Below, piece by piece: positions 1-9,215 of a stretch of DNA of 64,000 nucleotides (positions are counted from its first letter, which is position 1; each line of letters starts with the position of its first letter). The DNA comes from Candidatus Pacebacteria bacterium CG_4_9_14_0_2_um_filter_40_15. Lineage in GTDB: Bacteria > Patescibacteriota > Microgenomatia > UBA1400 > PJMF01. The notes beneath the pieces are model-generated. The model ran no database searches and was not told the origin of the DNA. It saw nothing but the letters and a program-made list of their open reading frames with translations. The translations under genes and the position numbers were made by a program. The stretch lies in NCBI GenBank assembly GCA_002788675.1, contig PFRS01000007.1, positions 64,270 through 128,269 on the forward strand. Reading direction: 5' to 3'.

Positions 1-153
1 ATTAAGTCTGGCAACATTTTCATCAATTTTTTTGAAACTGATTGGGCAAGCGGGAATATTTTTGGGCATTACATCCATGATAGTCTATTTTCTGCATCAG
101 AGCAATAGTTTTAGAAATATACTTCTATGTTTATGAGCGATGCGTCTTGGATA

Positions 154-186
154 CTAAAAAAACACCTATAAATAGGTGCTTTTTTG
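154..186. terminator. Bidirectional rho-independent terminator hairpin (CACCTA-taaa-TAGGTG) with an A-run upstream and a T-run downstream
   Basis: 6-bp perfect stem at 163-178 followed by TTTTTT on the plus strand, and by TTTTTTT on the minus strand (the A-run at 154-160). It lies just downstream of the minus-strand tRNA-Glu. Confidence 0.6.
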
Positions 187-191
187 TATTG

Positions 192-263
192 TGACCCCAC
201 GCGGAGTCGAACCGCGCTTCCCAGGATGAAAACCTGGTGTCCTAACCGATAGACGATGGGGCC
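192..263 (-). tRNA. tRNA-Glu (anticodon TTC)
   Basis: Manual cloverleaf: acceptor GGCCCCA/TGGGGTC, anticodon stem CCAGG/CCTGG, loop TTTTCAT giving anticodon TTC, T-loop GGTTCGACTCC, discriminator A. CCA is not encoded. Confidence 0.85.
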
Positions 264-289
264 ACTTGTGTGCTGAGGAGTTCAGCGTG

Positions 290-757
290 TTAAGTGAACC
301 AAGTAACATTGGCAAAGTGCTCAATGTTAGTACCTACAATTGAGATGATATCAAAGCGGTAGTCTAAAGGGAAGATGTGTGTGGTCAGGTAAGCTCGAGC
401 AACGCGATGCATTGAGTGGAGCTTTTTGTATCCAACAGCTTGAAAGGGCTGTCCGTACTGAGTGTTTCGACGACGTTTAACTTCAACAAAGACTAGCTCA
501 TGTGCTTGAGTATCAAGCGCGATGATATCTACTTCGTAGGTGTTAAGGCGCAAGTTTCTCTCAAGTATGGAATATCCATGGCCAGTGAGAAATGCACAGG
601 CAAGTTCTTCTCCTTTGTGTCCAAAGGAAATGCGAGCATTATTATGCTGCTTTTGTGTGAGTTGCCTTTTCTTTAATACGGGTAGCTGCTTTACCAATTC
701 TTTCACGGAGGAAGTATAACTTACTTCTTCTGACATTACCCTTACGTTTGACTTCAA
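290..757 (-). CDS. YraN-family (UPF0102) endonuclease-like protein. The true start is uncertain (candidates: ATG at 757 or 736, GTG at 706), and every candidate overlaps the 3' end of rplS out of frame.
   Basis: Translation contains a [25 protein letters not shown] core typical of the YraN/UPF0102 family. There is no in-frame start downstream of the rplS stop at 642-644. Confidence 0.55.
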   Translation of the reverse strand: MKSNVRVMSEEVSYTSSVKELVKQLPVLKKRQLTQKQHNNARISFGHKGEELACAFLTGHGYSILERNLRLNTYEVDIIALDTQAHELVFVEVKRRRNTQYGQPFQAVGYKKLHSMHRVARAYLTTHIFPLDYRFDIISIVGTNIEHFANVTWFT

Positions 758-986
758 GTTGTTTGATTGTTGGTAAGTTAACTGGATAGATTTTTTCTAC
801 TCCAATACCGTTTGTTGCAATTTTACGAACAGTGAATGATTTGCCAGTGCCTCTGTTTTTGATTGCAATAACAATGCCTTCAAAAATTTGAACTCTTTTT
901 TTGTCACCTTCGATAATTTCTTGATGAACGCGAACAGTGTCGCCTGTAGCAACTTCTGTATCTTGATATGTAAAATATTGTGCCAT
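642..986 (-). CDS. rplS: 50S ribosomal protein L19
   Basis: 114 aa. The translation [46 protein letters not shown] matches the conserved L19 N-terminal region. Confidence 0.9.
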   Translation of the reverse strand: MAQYFTYQDTEVATGDTVRVHQEIIEGDKKRVQIFEGIVIAIKNRGTGKSFTVRKIATNGIGVEKIYPVNLPTIKQLEVKRKGNVRRSKLYFLRERIGKAATRIKEKATHTKAA

Positions 987-1100
987 GATTTTTTTCCAAA
1001 TACTTTTCTACGATCTTGTATCTTTCCAAGGGTCTTATTTTACTCTAACAGGGAGTTTTTTGCAATCTCTGGTTTACTTCGAGGGAGAATGAGGCACAAG

Positions 1101-2180
1101 CTAGTGCCAGAGTTCGACTTTTTGAGCGTAGTCTGCACATTCAGCGAGCATCTTTTCTTTGTGTGTTTCGAATGGTTCTTGATAGCTAGCTAGTGTTTTT
1201 TTGAAGATACCTTCATCAGAAAGGTCGATGTCGAATGAGTAAATTCTGGATCGTAAAATATATACAAAAATGTTCCAAAGTTGTGGAGGAACATCGGGAT
1301 GCAGTGAACCATCCTCTTGTTTCATAAGACTATACATCGAGAAAGATACTTTAGCCAATTTACTGGCAAGTTTATCGTCAATTTCTTTTTTTGATTTCTC
1401 AGGATTTTTCGTGATGTAGTCAAGATCTAGTAGATCGTGTATTTTATCTGCAAGTTTAACAACTCGTAAATCACTACGTCGCTGTGCACGCCAATTTAGC
1501 CAGTGAATGAATCTGGCGTGTTTATATTCATCGGTAACAGACTCATCTTCATCTTCAATCACGGCTTGCATGAGTTCGAGTGCTGCAGTACCTATTTGTA
1601 ACTCTGGCATGATTGAGTTAAGGATATTTTTAGCCATGAGCATATTCTCGGTGGTACTTAAATCAAAGTTGGGTGGAATACAGCCAGCATTTGGATCCTG
1701 AATGTGTTTTTCAAGAAGTCTGAGTGTGTCCTCTTCAACAACATCATGTATTAACGCTGTAATTCTTACGATAGTTAGCTCTTCAGGAGGAAGACCACTG
1801 AGAAAAAGAATAATGATATCGACAAACATTGGGTGAGCGGTGTAAGGACTATGATCTTTTCTGAGTACTTTATAGCTGGCAAGAAAGTTAATGAGTGCAG
1901 CAATCTGAATTGGTTTCTCGGTGTAAGGAACCACTGGCACATCATACTGATCTTCGAGTAATACTGTTTCTTCAACTTTCTCAAGGAGATCAAGTTCCAT
2001 TTCTGGGAGAGATACATTTTGCAGATTAAGTCTGTCCAAATGTTTGGTATTTCTCGCTGTCCAACTATTACACGCATCAGTGAGTGCAAAAAAATTTTCT
2101 AACAACCAGTCCCCATTATGAGCAGATTCTGGTGATTGTGTTTGTACTTCAGTAAGTTCAACAGGAATTTCGACAGGCAT
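1101..2180 (-). CDS. HD-domain phosphohydrolase with a RelA/SpoT-type (p)ppGpp-hydrolase-like motif (a stand-alone hydrolase domain plus a C-terminal extension)
   Basis: The motif YTAHPMFV...ITALIHDVVEEDT matches the H...HD...ED signature of SpoT/Mesh1-type HD hydrolases. 359 aa, with no synthetase-like region. Confidence 0.5.
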   Translation of the reverse strand: MPVEIPVELTEVQTQSPESAHNGDWLLENFFALTDACNSWTARNTKHLDRLNLQNVSLPEMELDLLEKVEETVLLEDQYDVPVVPYTEKPIQIAALINFLASYKVLRKDHSPYTAHPMFVDIIILFLSGLPPEELTIVRITALIHDVVEEDTLRLLEKHIQDPNAGCIPPNFDLSTTENMLMAKNILNSIMPELQIGTAALELMQAVIEDEDESVTDEYKHARFIHWLNWRAQRRSDLRVVKLADKIHDLLDLDYITKNPEKSKKEIDDKLASKLAKVSFSMYSLMKQEDGSLHPDVPPQLWNIFVYILRSRIYSFDIDLSDEGIFKKTLASYQEPFETHKEKMLAECADYAQKVELWH

Positions 2181-2229
2181 ACTGTGAGTATATCGTAACT
2201 CATATGTGGGAGTATAGATTTAGTTAGTG

Positions 2230-3930
2230 TTAACTCTTTTTTTGTTCGCGCAAAATAGCAGCAAGATACTCAACAAAAATAGGATGTGGGCTCAGTGGCT
2301 TAGACTTATACTCTGGATGCGCTTGCGTAGCAATAAAGAACGGATGATCTTTTTCTGGAAGCTCGATCATTTCAACAAAGAAGTCATCTGGTGAAGTTCC
2401 GGAAATAACGAAGCCTGCATTTTCAAGTTGTTCTCGATATTCATTGTTAAACTCGAAGCGGTGACGATGTCGTTCAGAAATAAGGTTCTTTGACTCATCT
2501 TTAAAGGCATCATGTTTTTTATAGATCTTATGAGCAAGTGTTCCAGGTTTTAGAATACAGTCGTAGGCTCCAAGACGCATGCTGGCACCTTTGCCTTTAA
2601 TGGTTTGATACCGTTCATTAAAAGGAATGTCGTGAATAATTGGATATGGAGTTGCTGGGTCAACTTCAATTGAGTTAGCATTTTCAAGACCAACAACATG
2701 ACGAGCAAACTCTACACTTGCTAGCTGCATACCGTAGCACAGACCTAAGTAGGGAATTTTATTTTCTCGGGCATACTGAATGGCTGAAATTTTGCCTTCA
2801 ACGCCCCGCTCTCCCCAACCAATAGGCACAATGATGCCATCAGCCTTTTTGAGTTGTTCCATGGCTCCAGAAGTTGGATCTTCGAGCTCTTCTGCTTTGA
2901 TGAAAAGAATGTTGAGATTTGTATCACCGTGAATGGCAGCAAAGTTGAGTGATTCAAGCAATGAAACGTATGAATCTTTGAGCTCAAAATTACCAGTTGA
3001 AAGGTATTTTGCAATAATCGCGACAGATGCCGTATGTTTTTTTTCAGTGTTTAGTTTAGTAATAAAATTATTCCACTCTGTCAGGTCACTCTTTCTTTCT
3101 GGTAAATTGAGTTTTTTGAGTACTTTGGTGTCAAAGCCTTGTGCAGCCAGTACTGGAGGTACTTCGTACACACTCCCTAGATCAGGATTTGAAATAACAT
3201 CTTCTTTGCTCATGTTTGAGTAAAAGGCTACTTTCTCTTTACGTTTTTCATCGATCATGAATTCACCACGGCCAACAATAAAGTCAGGTTGAATCCCCAT
3301 TGATTGCAGTGCGCTGACTGAAAGTTGGGTTGGTTTTGATTTTAATTCATTAATGTGTGAAGGATTTGGGAAGTAGGTAACATGTGCATGTACGGTATCA
3401 TCAGGGTTTTCTAAATTCATGATTCGGTACGCTTCGTAGTAGATTTGGTTTTGGTATTCACCGGCAGTGCCACCAAGCTCAACTAAACAGATGTCGAAGC
3501 CTTCACTGGCCTTTCGAATACGAGAAATTGCCTCTTGTGGAACGTAGAGCCAAGCGTCTACAGTTGCACCGCCATAGGCGAGGTTTTTTGTATTTTCTAT
3601 AACTGTTGAATAAATTTGCCCTAGAGTAGTAAAATTCTTTTGGCCTACTTCTTGATCTAAAAAGCGCTCGTAAGATCCAAGGTCTAGATCTGCTTCAAGA
3701 CCATCTTCACACAAAAAGACATCTCCATGTTCAATAGGATTAATATTTCCTGAGTCGATGTTGAGGTAGTTTTCACACTTAATGTTGGTTACTGAGTATC
3801 CTCTGTTTTTAAGCAAAAGACCTAACGAAGCGGCAGTAATGCCCTTCCCAAGACCAGAAAGAACGCCACCAGAGACGAAAATAAACTTTGTTTTTTGTGT
3901 TATTGTGGGGGTTTTGCCATGAGTACTCAT
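2230..3930 (-). CDS. pyrG: CTP synthase
   Basis: GGVLSGLGKGITAASLG N-terminal motif, glutamine amidotransferase C-terminal half (GLCYGMQ). The likely start is the internal Met MSTHGK at 3930, whereas the ORF track extends to 3987. Confidence 0.9.
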   Translation of the reverse strand: MSTHGKTPTITQKTKFIFVSGGVLSGLGKGITAASLGLLLKNRGYSVTNIKCENYLNIDSGNINPIEHGDVFLCEDGLEADLDLGSYERFLDQEVGQKNFTTLGQIYSTVIENTKNLAYGGATVDAWLYVPQEAISRIRKASEGFDICLVELGGTAGEYQNQIYYEAYRIMNLENPDDTVHAHVTYFPNPSHINELKSKPTQLSVSALQSMGIQPDFIVGRGEFMIDEKRKEKVAFYSNMSKEDVISNPDLGSVYEVPPVLAAQGFDTKVLKKLNLPERKSDLTEWNNFITKLNTEKKHTASVAIIAKYLSTGNFELKDSYVSLLESLNFAAIHGDTNLNILFIKAEELEDPTSGAMEQLKKADGIIVPIGWGERGVEGKISAIQYARENKIPYLGLCYGMQLASVEFARHVVGLENANSIEVDPATPYPIIHDIPFNERYQTIKGKGASMRLGAYDCILKPGTLAHKIYKKHDAFKDESKNLISERHRHRFEFNNEYREQLENAGFVISGTSPDDFFVEMIELPEKDHPFFIATQAHPEYKSKPLSPHPIFVEYLAAILREQKKS

Positions 3931-4088
3931 GGAAGTATATTGTAGCGTAATTGAAAGATATGTCAAAGGGGGAAATTGATATAACAATAAATATAAGGCT
4001 TAAATATACTAGAGGTTGTGGTTTTGAGCTAGTAAGATAGCTAAACTTGCTAGAGTTTGATGTGGTCACAAAGGATAACGAGCTTCTA

Positions 4089-7000
4089 CTACTTTAGAAG
4101 CGCAGAAATCTCAGTTTCAAGTTTTTTCGACCACTTTACCCCATACGGTAAGAGCATTTTTTGTGGCGTACCGCCGTTTGGAATCAAAATTAGGACACTA
4201 TCACTGCCAGGATACTTCTTAAGTAAGGTGCCTAGCTCTTTGAGCGTCTCTTTGGAAGTTTTGCGGGGAATAAATATTTCTTTATGTACTCCACTCGCCT
4301 CATGTGTCAGGTCGCCACTGGTCGGTTTTGAGACTTTTTCGGCCAATAGTTGCATTTCTTCGTCTCTGAAGTCAACTTTAGCTTTAATAAGTGCCACGGT
4401 GTCGGACTGAATGTTTTCTTTGTATTCATCGTAGGTTTTGGGAAAGAATACTACATCGATGGAACCAGTTGCATCTTCGAGCTTTCCAAATGCCATATCT
4501 TTGCCAGATTTTCTGGTTTGCACAATTCTAACGTTTGAAAGCACGCCACCAAACATAAAGGTATTCTGTGCGTGCAGCGTTGGGTCGAGGTCACCAATTT
4601 CTTTTGAAATACGATTAGAAATGGCCCGCAGTTGTGCTGCTAGAGGATGGTCGGTCAAGAAGAGGCCCAGCAGTTCTTTTTCGAATGAAAGGAGCTCTTG
4701 CTGCGGATATTCCGGCATGTTTGGGAAATTATCTTGCAGTTGATTGGCAGAGGTTTCAACTTGTCCAAATAAACTATCCTGACCATCTACACTTGATTCA
4801 AGTTTTGCGGCAGATTTGCGAATACTCTCCAGATTTTCGAGCATGCTCGAACGGGTACCAAATTTGTCCATGGCGCCAACTTTTATGAGGGACTCAAAGG
4901 TGGTTTTGTTCACTTTTCGGCCATCGGTTTCGTGGATGAACTGAGTCAGTGACGTAAAATCGCCAATTTTGTCGCGGACTTCAAGTAAGTTTTCGATAGC
5001 TGCAGAACCAACATTTTTAATGGCATTAAATCCAAACCGAATTGCCCAACCATTAATAGATTTTTCATCTTCTTCAAGTAAAAAGTCGTCACGTGATTTA
5101 TTAAGATCGGGAGGCAAGATTCGAATACCCATTTTTTTACAGTTTTCAATTGCCACGGTAATTTTAAGGTCGCGGTTCATGGAGGTTGAAGCCGACTCGA
5201 TACTCATCAGGGCAGTCATATACTCTTCAGGATAGTTAGCCTTAAGATAGGCAGTTTGGTAGGCAACCATGGCATAACTGGCCGCGTGAGCTTTGTTGAA
5301 ACCATAGTTTGCAAAGGCTTCGATAAAGCCCCAGACTTTTTGGGCAGTGGCACGTTCATAGCCTTTTTCGACAGATTGATCAATAAATATTTTTTTGTTT
5401 TTGTCGAGCAGTTTTTTCTTCTTTTTACCAATAGCACGACGCAATACATCAGCTCCGCCAAGTGTGTAGCCTGCCATGACGTGAGCGATCGACATAATCT
5501 GCTCTTGGTACACCATGATACCGTACGTTTCTTTTAGGACAGGAATAAGGGACTCATGGGGATACTCAATTGTGCTTGGATCATGCTTTCCTTCAATAAA
5601 TTTAGGTATAAGGTCCATTGGACCAGGACGATACAGGGCCACCATAGCGGTGATATCACTAAATTGGTTAGGGCGAAGGGTACGAGCCACACGGCGCATG
5701 CCAGCAGACTCAAGCTGAAAAACTCCCATGGTGTCGCCTGCTGCGAGCAAATCGAAGGTGCGTTTATCATCAAGCGGAATTTTAGACATGTCCACAGCTA
5801 TGTTCTTTTGTTGCTTAATCAGACCGACAGCCATTTGAATAATTGAAAGGTTGCGTAGGCCTAAAAAGTCAAATTTAAGTAGACCAATAGCATTGTCGTC
5901 GACGTTACAGTCTAGCGCGTACATATCGAACTGGGTAATGGTTTTGCCAGACTTAGAATCTTTTTGAATGGCCACATAGTCAGGCAGCGGTTTGTCAGTG
6001 ATAATTATGGCGGCGGCATGGACAGAGCTATGGCGAATATTCCCCTCCACTTTTTTGGCTAGGTCGATGAGTTTGCGGAACTTTGGTTGTTGATAGTAGG
6101 CAGCAAGCTCGGGCACTATTTCGACTGCTTGCTCGAGTGATACTTTTTTACCTGGTTCATTAGGAATAAGTTTAGCAATTTTATCTGGGTCTTCGTAAGC
6201 CATTCCCAGTACGCGTCCAATGTCGCGGATGGCCACGCGAGCTTCCATTTTTCCAAAGGTAATCACGTGGGCCACGTGGTCGGCGCCATATTTATTTGAA
6301 ACATATTTGATAACTTCATCACGACGGGTGTCTGCAAAATCAAGGTCAATATCGGGAGGTGTTGGGCGTTCTGGGTTGAGGAAACGCTCAAACGCTAGAT
6401 CGTGTTCAATAGGGTCAATATCGGTAATTCCAATACAGTACGAAACGAGCGAACCAGCAGCCGATCCACGCCCCGGGCCAACACCAATCCCCTGTGCTTT
6501 GGCCCAGTTCACAAAGTCTTGGGTAATCAGGAAGTATGCTGCGTAGCCTTTATTGTTAATAATGTCGAGCTCATAGTCAAGACGTTTGGCTAGTTCGGGC
6601 GTAATCGTTTCAAATTTTGTTGCACCTCGTTCGTAGGCCATTTTCTTAAGGAAGGTTTCGTAGGTTTCTCCTTCAGGAATTTCGTACTTTGGAAAGATAA
6701 GGTTTCCGGTGGAAATTTCAATATCACATTGGTCAGCAATCTTAACAGTGTTTTCGATAGCATCGGGATAGTCTTTGAAGAGTTCAATCATTTCATCGGT
6801 TGAGCGCATGTAAAAATCGGGACTGTCCATCATCGTCATGCGCTTGGTATCGGAAATTAGTTTGCGTGTTTGGACACACAAGAGCGCATCTTGGGCAATT
6901 GAGTCGACTTGTTCAATGTAATGCACATCGTTGGTGGCCACGAGCGGAATGTCGAGCTCACGGGCTAGTTTGACTTGGATTGGAGTGAGTTCGTTGAGCT

Positions 7001-7553
7001 CTGCAATGTGTGGATGGGCTTGAATTTCAACGTAGAAGCGATCTTTAAAAATTTCTTTGTATTTAAGAAGTTTTTCGCGAGCTTCATCGAGTTTGCCTTG
7101 CAGAATAAGTTTGTTAATCATACTACCCATACAGCCACTGGTGGCAATGATATTGGCATTATATTTTTCGAGCAGTTCTTCATCGATGCGAGGTTTGTAT
7201 GAAAATCCTTCAAAGTTTGCGGTTGAAACCAGTCGGTTAATGTTTTGGTAGCCCTCGTAGTTCATGGCTAGCAGCGTCATGTGTGCTTGGTCGGCTCCCA
7301 TTTTACTCTGTTTATCGAAACGAGAATTTCGGGCAACGTACACCTCGCAGCCAATGATTGGTTTGATGCCAGCGGCTCTGCAGCCGTTATAAAAATGCAG
7401 GGCGCCATACATAGCGCCGTGGTCGGTAAGACCAATGGCTGTTTGGCCCAGGGATTTCACTTTTTCGATTAGTGGTGTAATTTTGCACAGACCATCTAGG
7501 AGTGAGTACTCGGTGTGAACATGTAAGTGGACGAAGTCAGCTTTTTTAGCCAT
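4089..7553 (-). CDS. dnaE: DNA polymerase III alpha subunit (DnaE type)
   Basis: 1154 aa, N-terminal PHP domain motif FVHLHVHTEYSLLDG, and a conserved polymerase core. Confidence 0.9.
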   Translation of the reverse strand: MAKKADFVHLHVHTEYSLLDGLCKITPLIEKVKSLGQTAIGLTDHGAMYGALHFYNGCRAAGIKPIIGCEVYVARNSRFDKQSKMGADQAHMTLLAMNYEGYQNINRLVSTANFEGFSYKPRIDEELLEKYNANIIATSGCMGSMINKLILQGKLDEAREKLLKYKEIFKDRFYVEIQAHPHIAELNELTPIQVKLARELDIPLVATNDVHYIEQVDSIAQDALLCVQTRKLISDTKRMTMMDSPDFYMRSTDEMIELFKDYPDAIENTVKIADQCDIEISTGNLIFPKYEIPEGETYETFLKKMAYERGATKFETITPELAKRLDYELDIINNKGYAAYFLITQDFVNWAKAQGIGVGPGRGSAAGSLVSYCIGITDIDPIEHDLAFERFLNPERPTPPDIDLDFADTRRDEVIKYVSNKYGADHVAHVITFGKMEARVAIRDIGRVLGMAYEDPDKIAKLIPNEPGKKVSLEQAVEIVPELAAYYQQPKFRKLIDLAKKVEGNIRHSSVHAAAIIITDKPLPDYVAIQKDSKSGKTITQFDMYALDCNVDDNAIGLLKFDFLGLRNLSIIQMAVGLIKQQKNIAVDMSKIPLDDKRTFDLLAAGDTMGVFQLESAGMRRVARTLRPNQFSDITAMVALYRPGPMDLIPKFIEGKHDPSTIEYPHESLIPVLKETYGIMVYQEQIMSIAHVMAGYTLGGADVLRRAIGKKKKKLLDKNKKIFIDQSVEKGYERATAQKVWGFIEAFANYGFNKAHAASYAMVAYQTAYLKANYPEEYMTALMSIESASTSMNRDLKITVAIENCKKMGIRILPPDLNKSRDDFLLEEDEKSINGWAIRFGFNAIKNVGSAAIENLLEVRDKIGDFTSLTQFIHETDGRKVNKTTFESLIKVGAMDKFGTRSSMLENLESIRKSAAKLESSVDGQDSLFGQVETSANQLQDNFPNMPEYPQQELLSFEKELLGLFLTDHPLAAQLRAISNRISKEIGDLDPTLHAQNTFMFGGVLSNVRIVQTRKSGKDMAFGKLEDATGSIDVVFFPKTYDEYKENIQSDTVALIKAKVDFRDEEMQLLAEKVSKPTSGDLTHEASGVHKEIFIPRKTSKETLKELGTLLKKYPGSDSVLILIPNGGTPQKMLLPYGVKWSKKLETEISALLK

Positions 7554-7823
7554 TTCAACTTTATTCTTGAATGTATTTTGAATAGTGCGCGGCCGTCTGG
7601 CAGCGCTGTTCTTTTTATACCATGATTTGATCTACTTTGAAAGATTACGTCTGAGTTTAATTCTGAAGAAAAGTGCAATTTTGCTTGCTGTTTCAGTTCT
7701 TTATGCCTGGTGGAGAGGTGAAAACACAAATGCTCATTTTTTAGCAGTTGAATTGTTATTCTGCTAATTGTGATTTCTTGAGTTACTCTTCACGTATATT
7801 AAAATGATATCTTTTGAGCCACT

Positions 7824-7854
7824 TAAAATTAATTTTCAAGTGGCTCATTAGTCT
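7824..7854. repeat. Perfect 9-bp inverted repeat GAGCCACTT-N13-AAGTGGCTC in the dnaE/gatB intergenic region
   Basis: Read directly from the sequence. There is no adjacent U-tract on either strand, so it is not a canonical terminator. Confidence 0.4.
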
Positions 7855-7881
7855 AAATTGTGTAGATTCTTTTTTTGATTA

Positions 7882-9213
7882 TTATTTTTTAAGTTCTGTC
7901 ATCAATGCATTTCGGAGTTCTGCAGCATCTACTTTTTTACCCAAGGCGCGCATTACCTGTCCAATAAAGAAGCCAATGACTTTGGTGTCGCCGGCTCTGA
8001 ACTTGGCAACAGCATCGTTATTTGCTTTCATGACCTCTTGGATGACTGCTAATAATTCAGAAGAATCGACGTCATCTGTTTGGGTGAGTGCTGCGACTTT
8101 TTTTATAACTGCGGCAGGTGCTTCACCTTCGCTGATGGTAATCTTTTTGTTGACCAGCGCGTTTGCAATGTCGTTTGGCTTTTCAGCTTGAGCAAAAACA
8201 GTTTCGAGCCACTCTGCATAGGTGCGTTCACTGGTAAGCAGATCTGAGTATTTAGTTTCAATGCCAAATTTAGTTAGCCAGCGTGCCTGTTTTGCATTAG
8301 GAAGTTCTGGGAGTTGCTTGCCAATTGCATCAACCTGCTTTTGGGTGAACCGAACAGGAGCCAAGTCTGGATCAGGGAAGTAACGATAGTCTGCAGCCTC
8401 TTCTTTCATGCGCTGTGCAAAGGTTTCATTTTTGGTAGGATTCCAACCGCGAGTTTCCTGTGGAGGAGTTTCCCCAGCCTCAAGGATTTCCTGGTGACGA
8501 TCCATTTCAAATGCAATGGCCTGTTCCATGAATCTAAATGAGTTGATGTTTTTGACTTCAACTTTATAGTTTGGAAGTTCAGTTGTGCCAACCTCGCGAA
8601 GTGAAATATTTGCTTCCAACCGCATGCCACCTTGATCCATGTCGCAGTCGGCAATATCTAAGTAGCGAATAATTTGGCGAAGTTTCTTTGCGTACTCTTT
8701 TGCTTGAGAGGTAGAATGAATATCTGGTTCAGTCACAATTTCAATAAGTGGCACGCTGCTGCGATTGTAATCAAGCAGACTAACCTTTTTGCCGTCTATA
8801 TTTTTGTGTTGAAGTTTGCCGGTGTCCTCTTCTAGGTGAATGCGGGTGATTCTAATCGGGCCTTCAGAAGTTTCAATGGTACCTTCATAACAAAACGGAA
8901 TATCGAACTGACTAATCTGGTAGGCCTTTGGTAGGTCAGGATAAAAGTAGTTCTTACGATCGAACTTTGAGAACAAGTTAATCTTACAGCCAAGTGCGAG
9001 CCCGAGCTTAATAGTCCACTCGATAGCTTTTTTGTTTGCTACAGGCAATCCGCCTGGCATTCCCATACATGTTGGACAGGTGTAGATATTTGGCTCTGGT
9101 GCGCCGAACGGATCATTTTTACAGCCGCAAAACATTTTTGAGTTGGTTTTGAGTTCTGCATGGACTTCCATTCCGCAGACGAGTTCATAGTTTTTTGAGT
9201 CTGGTGTTGTCAT
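7882..9213 (-). CDS. gatB: Asp/Glu-tRNA(Asn/Gln) amidotransferase subunit B
   Basis: The MTTPDSKNYELVCGMEVHAELKT start is GatB-like. The start ATG overlaps the gatA stop in an ATGA arrangement. The upstream in-frame Met at 9309 was rejected. Confidence 0.9.
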   Translation of the reverse strand: MTTPDSKNYELVCGMEVHAELKTNSKMFCGCKNDPFGAPEPNIYTCPTCMGMPGGLPVANKKAIEWTIKLGLALGCKINLFSKFDRKNYFYPDLPKAYQISQFDIPFCYEGTIETSEGPIRITRIHLEEDTGKLQHKNIDGKKVSLLDYNRSSVPLIEIVTEPDIHSTSQAKEYAKKLRQIIRYLDIADCDMDQGGMRLEANISLREVGTTELPNYKVEVKNINSFRFMEQAIAFEMDRHQEILEAGETPPQETRGWNPTKNETFAQRMKEEAADYRYFPDPDLAPVRFTQKQVDAIGKQLPELPNAKQARWLTKFGIETKYSDLLTSERTYAEWLETVFAQAEKPNDIANALVNKKITISEGEAPAAVIKKVAALTQTDDVDSSELLAVIQEVMKANNDAVAKFRAGDTKVIGFFIGQVMRALGKKVDAAELRNALMTELKK

Positions 9214-9215
9214 GA

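Noticed and set aside
1-90. Partial minus-strand ORF starting near position 79 and running off the window (MDVMPKNIPACPISFKK...)
   Set aside because: Only about 26 codons are visible, with no recognisable motif. Not enough to call a gene.
2745-3223. Small ORFs (89 and 96 aa) inside pyrG on both strands
   Set aside because: Completely embedded in a well-supported conserved gene, with no independent signals.
3931-3987. N-terminal extensions implied by the ORF track for pyrG (here), and likewise for gatB (to 9309), gatA (to 10670), gatC (to 10995), mraZ (to 46484), glyS (to 55227) and GT4 (to 63557)
   Set aside because: In each case the conserved family N-terminus begins at an internal Met with a better RBS or a 4-nt overlap with the upstream gene. 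The extensions would run through terminators, T-box elements or neighbouring genes.
7824-7854. Intrinsic terminator for gatB
   Set aside because: Perfect stem, but no U-tract follows on either strand. Kept only as an inverted repeat.
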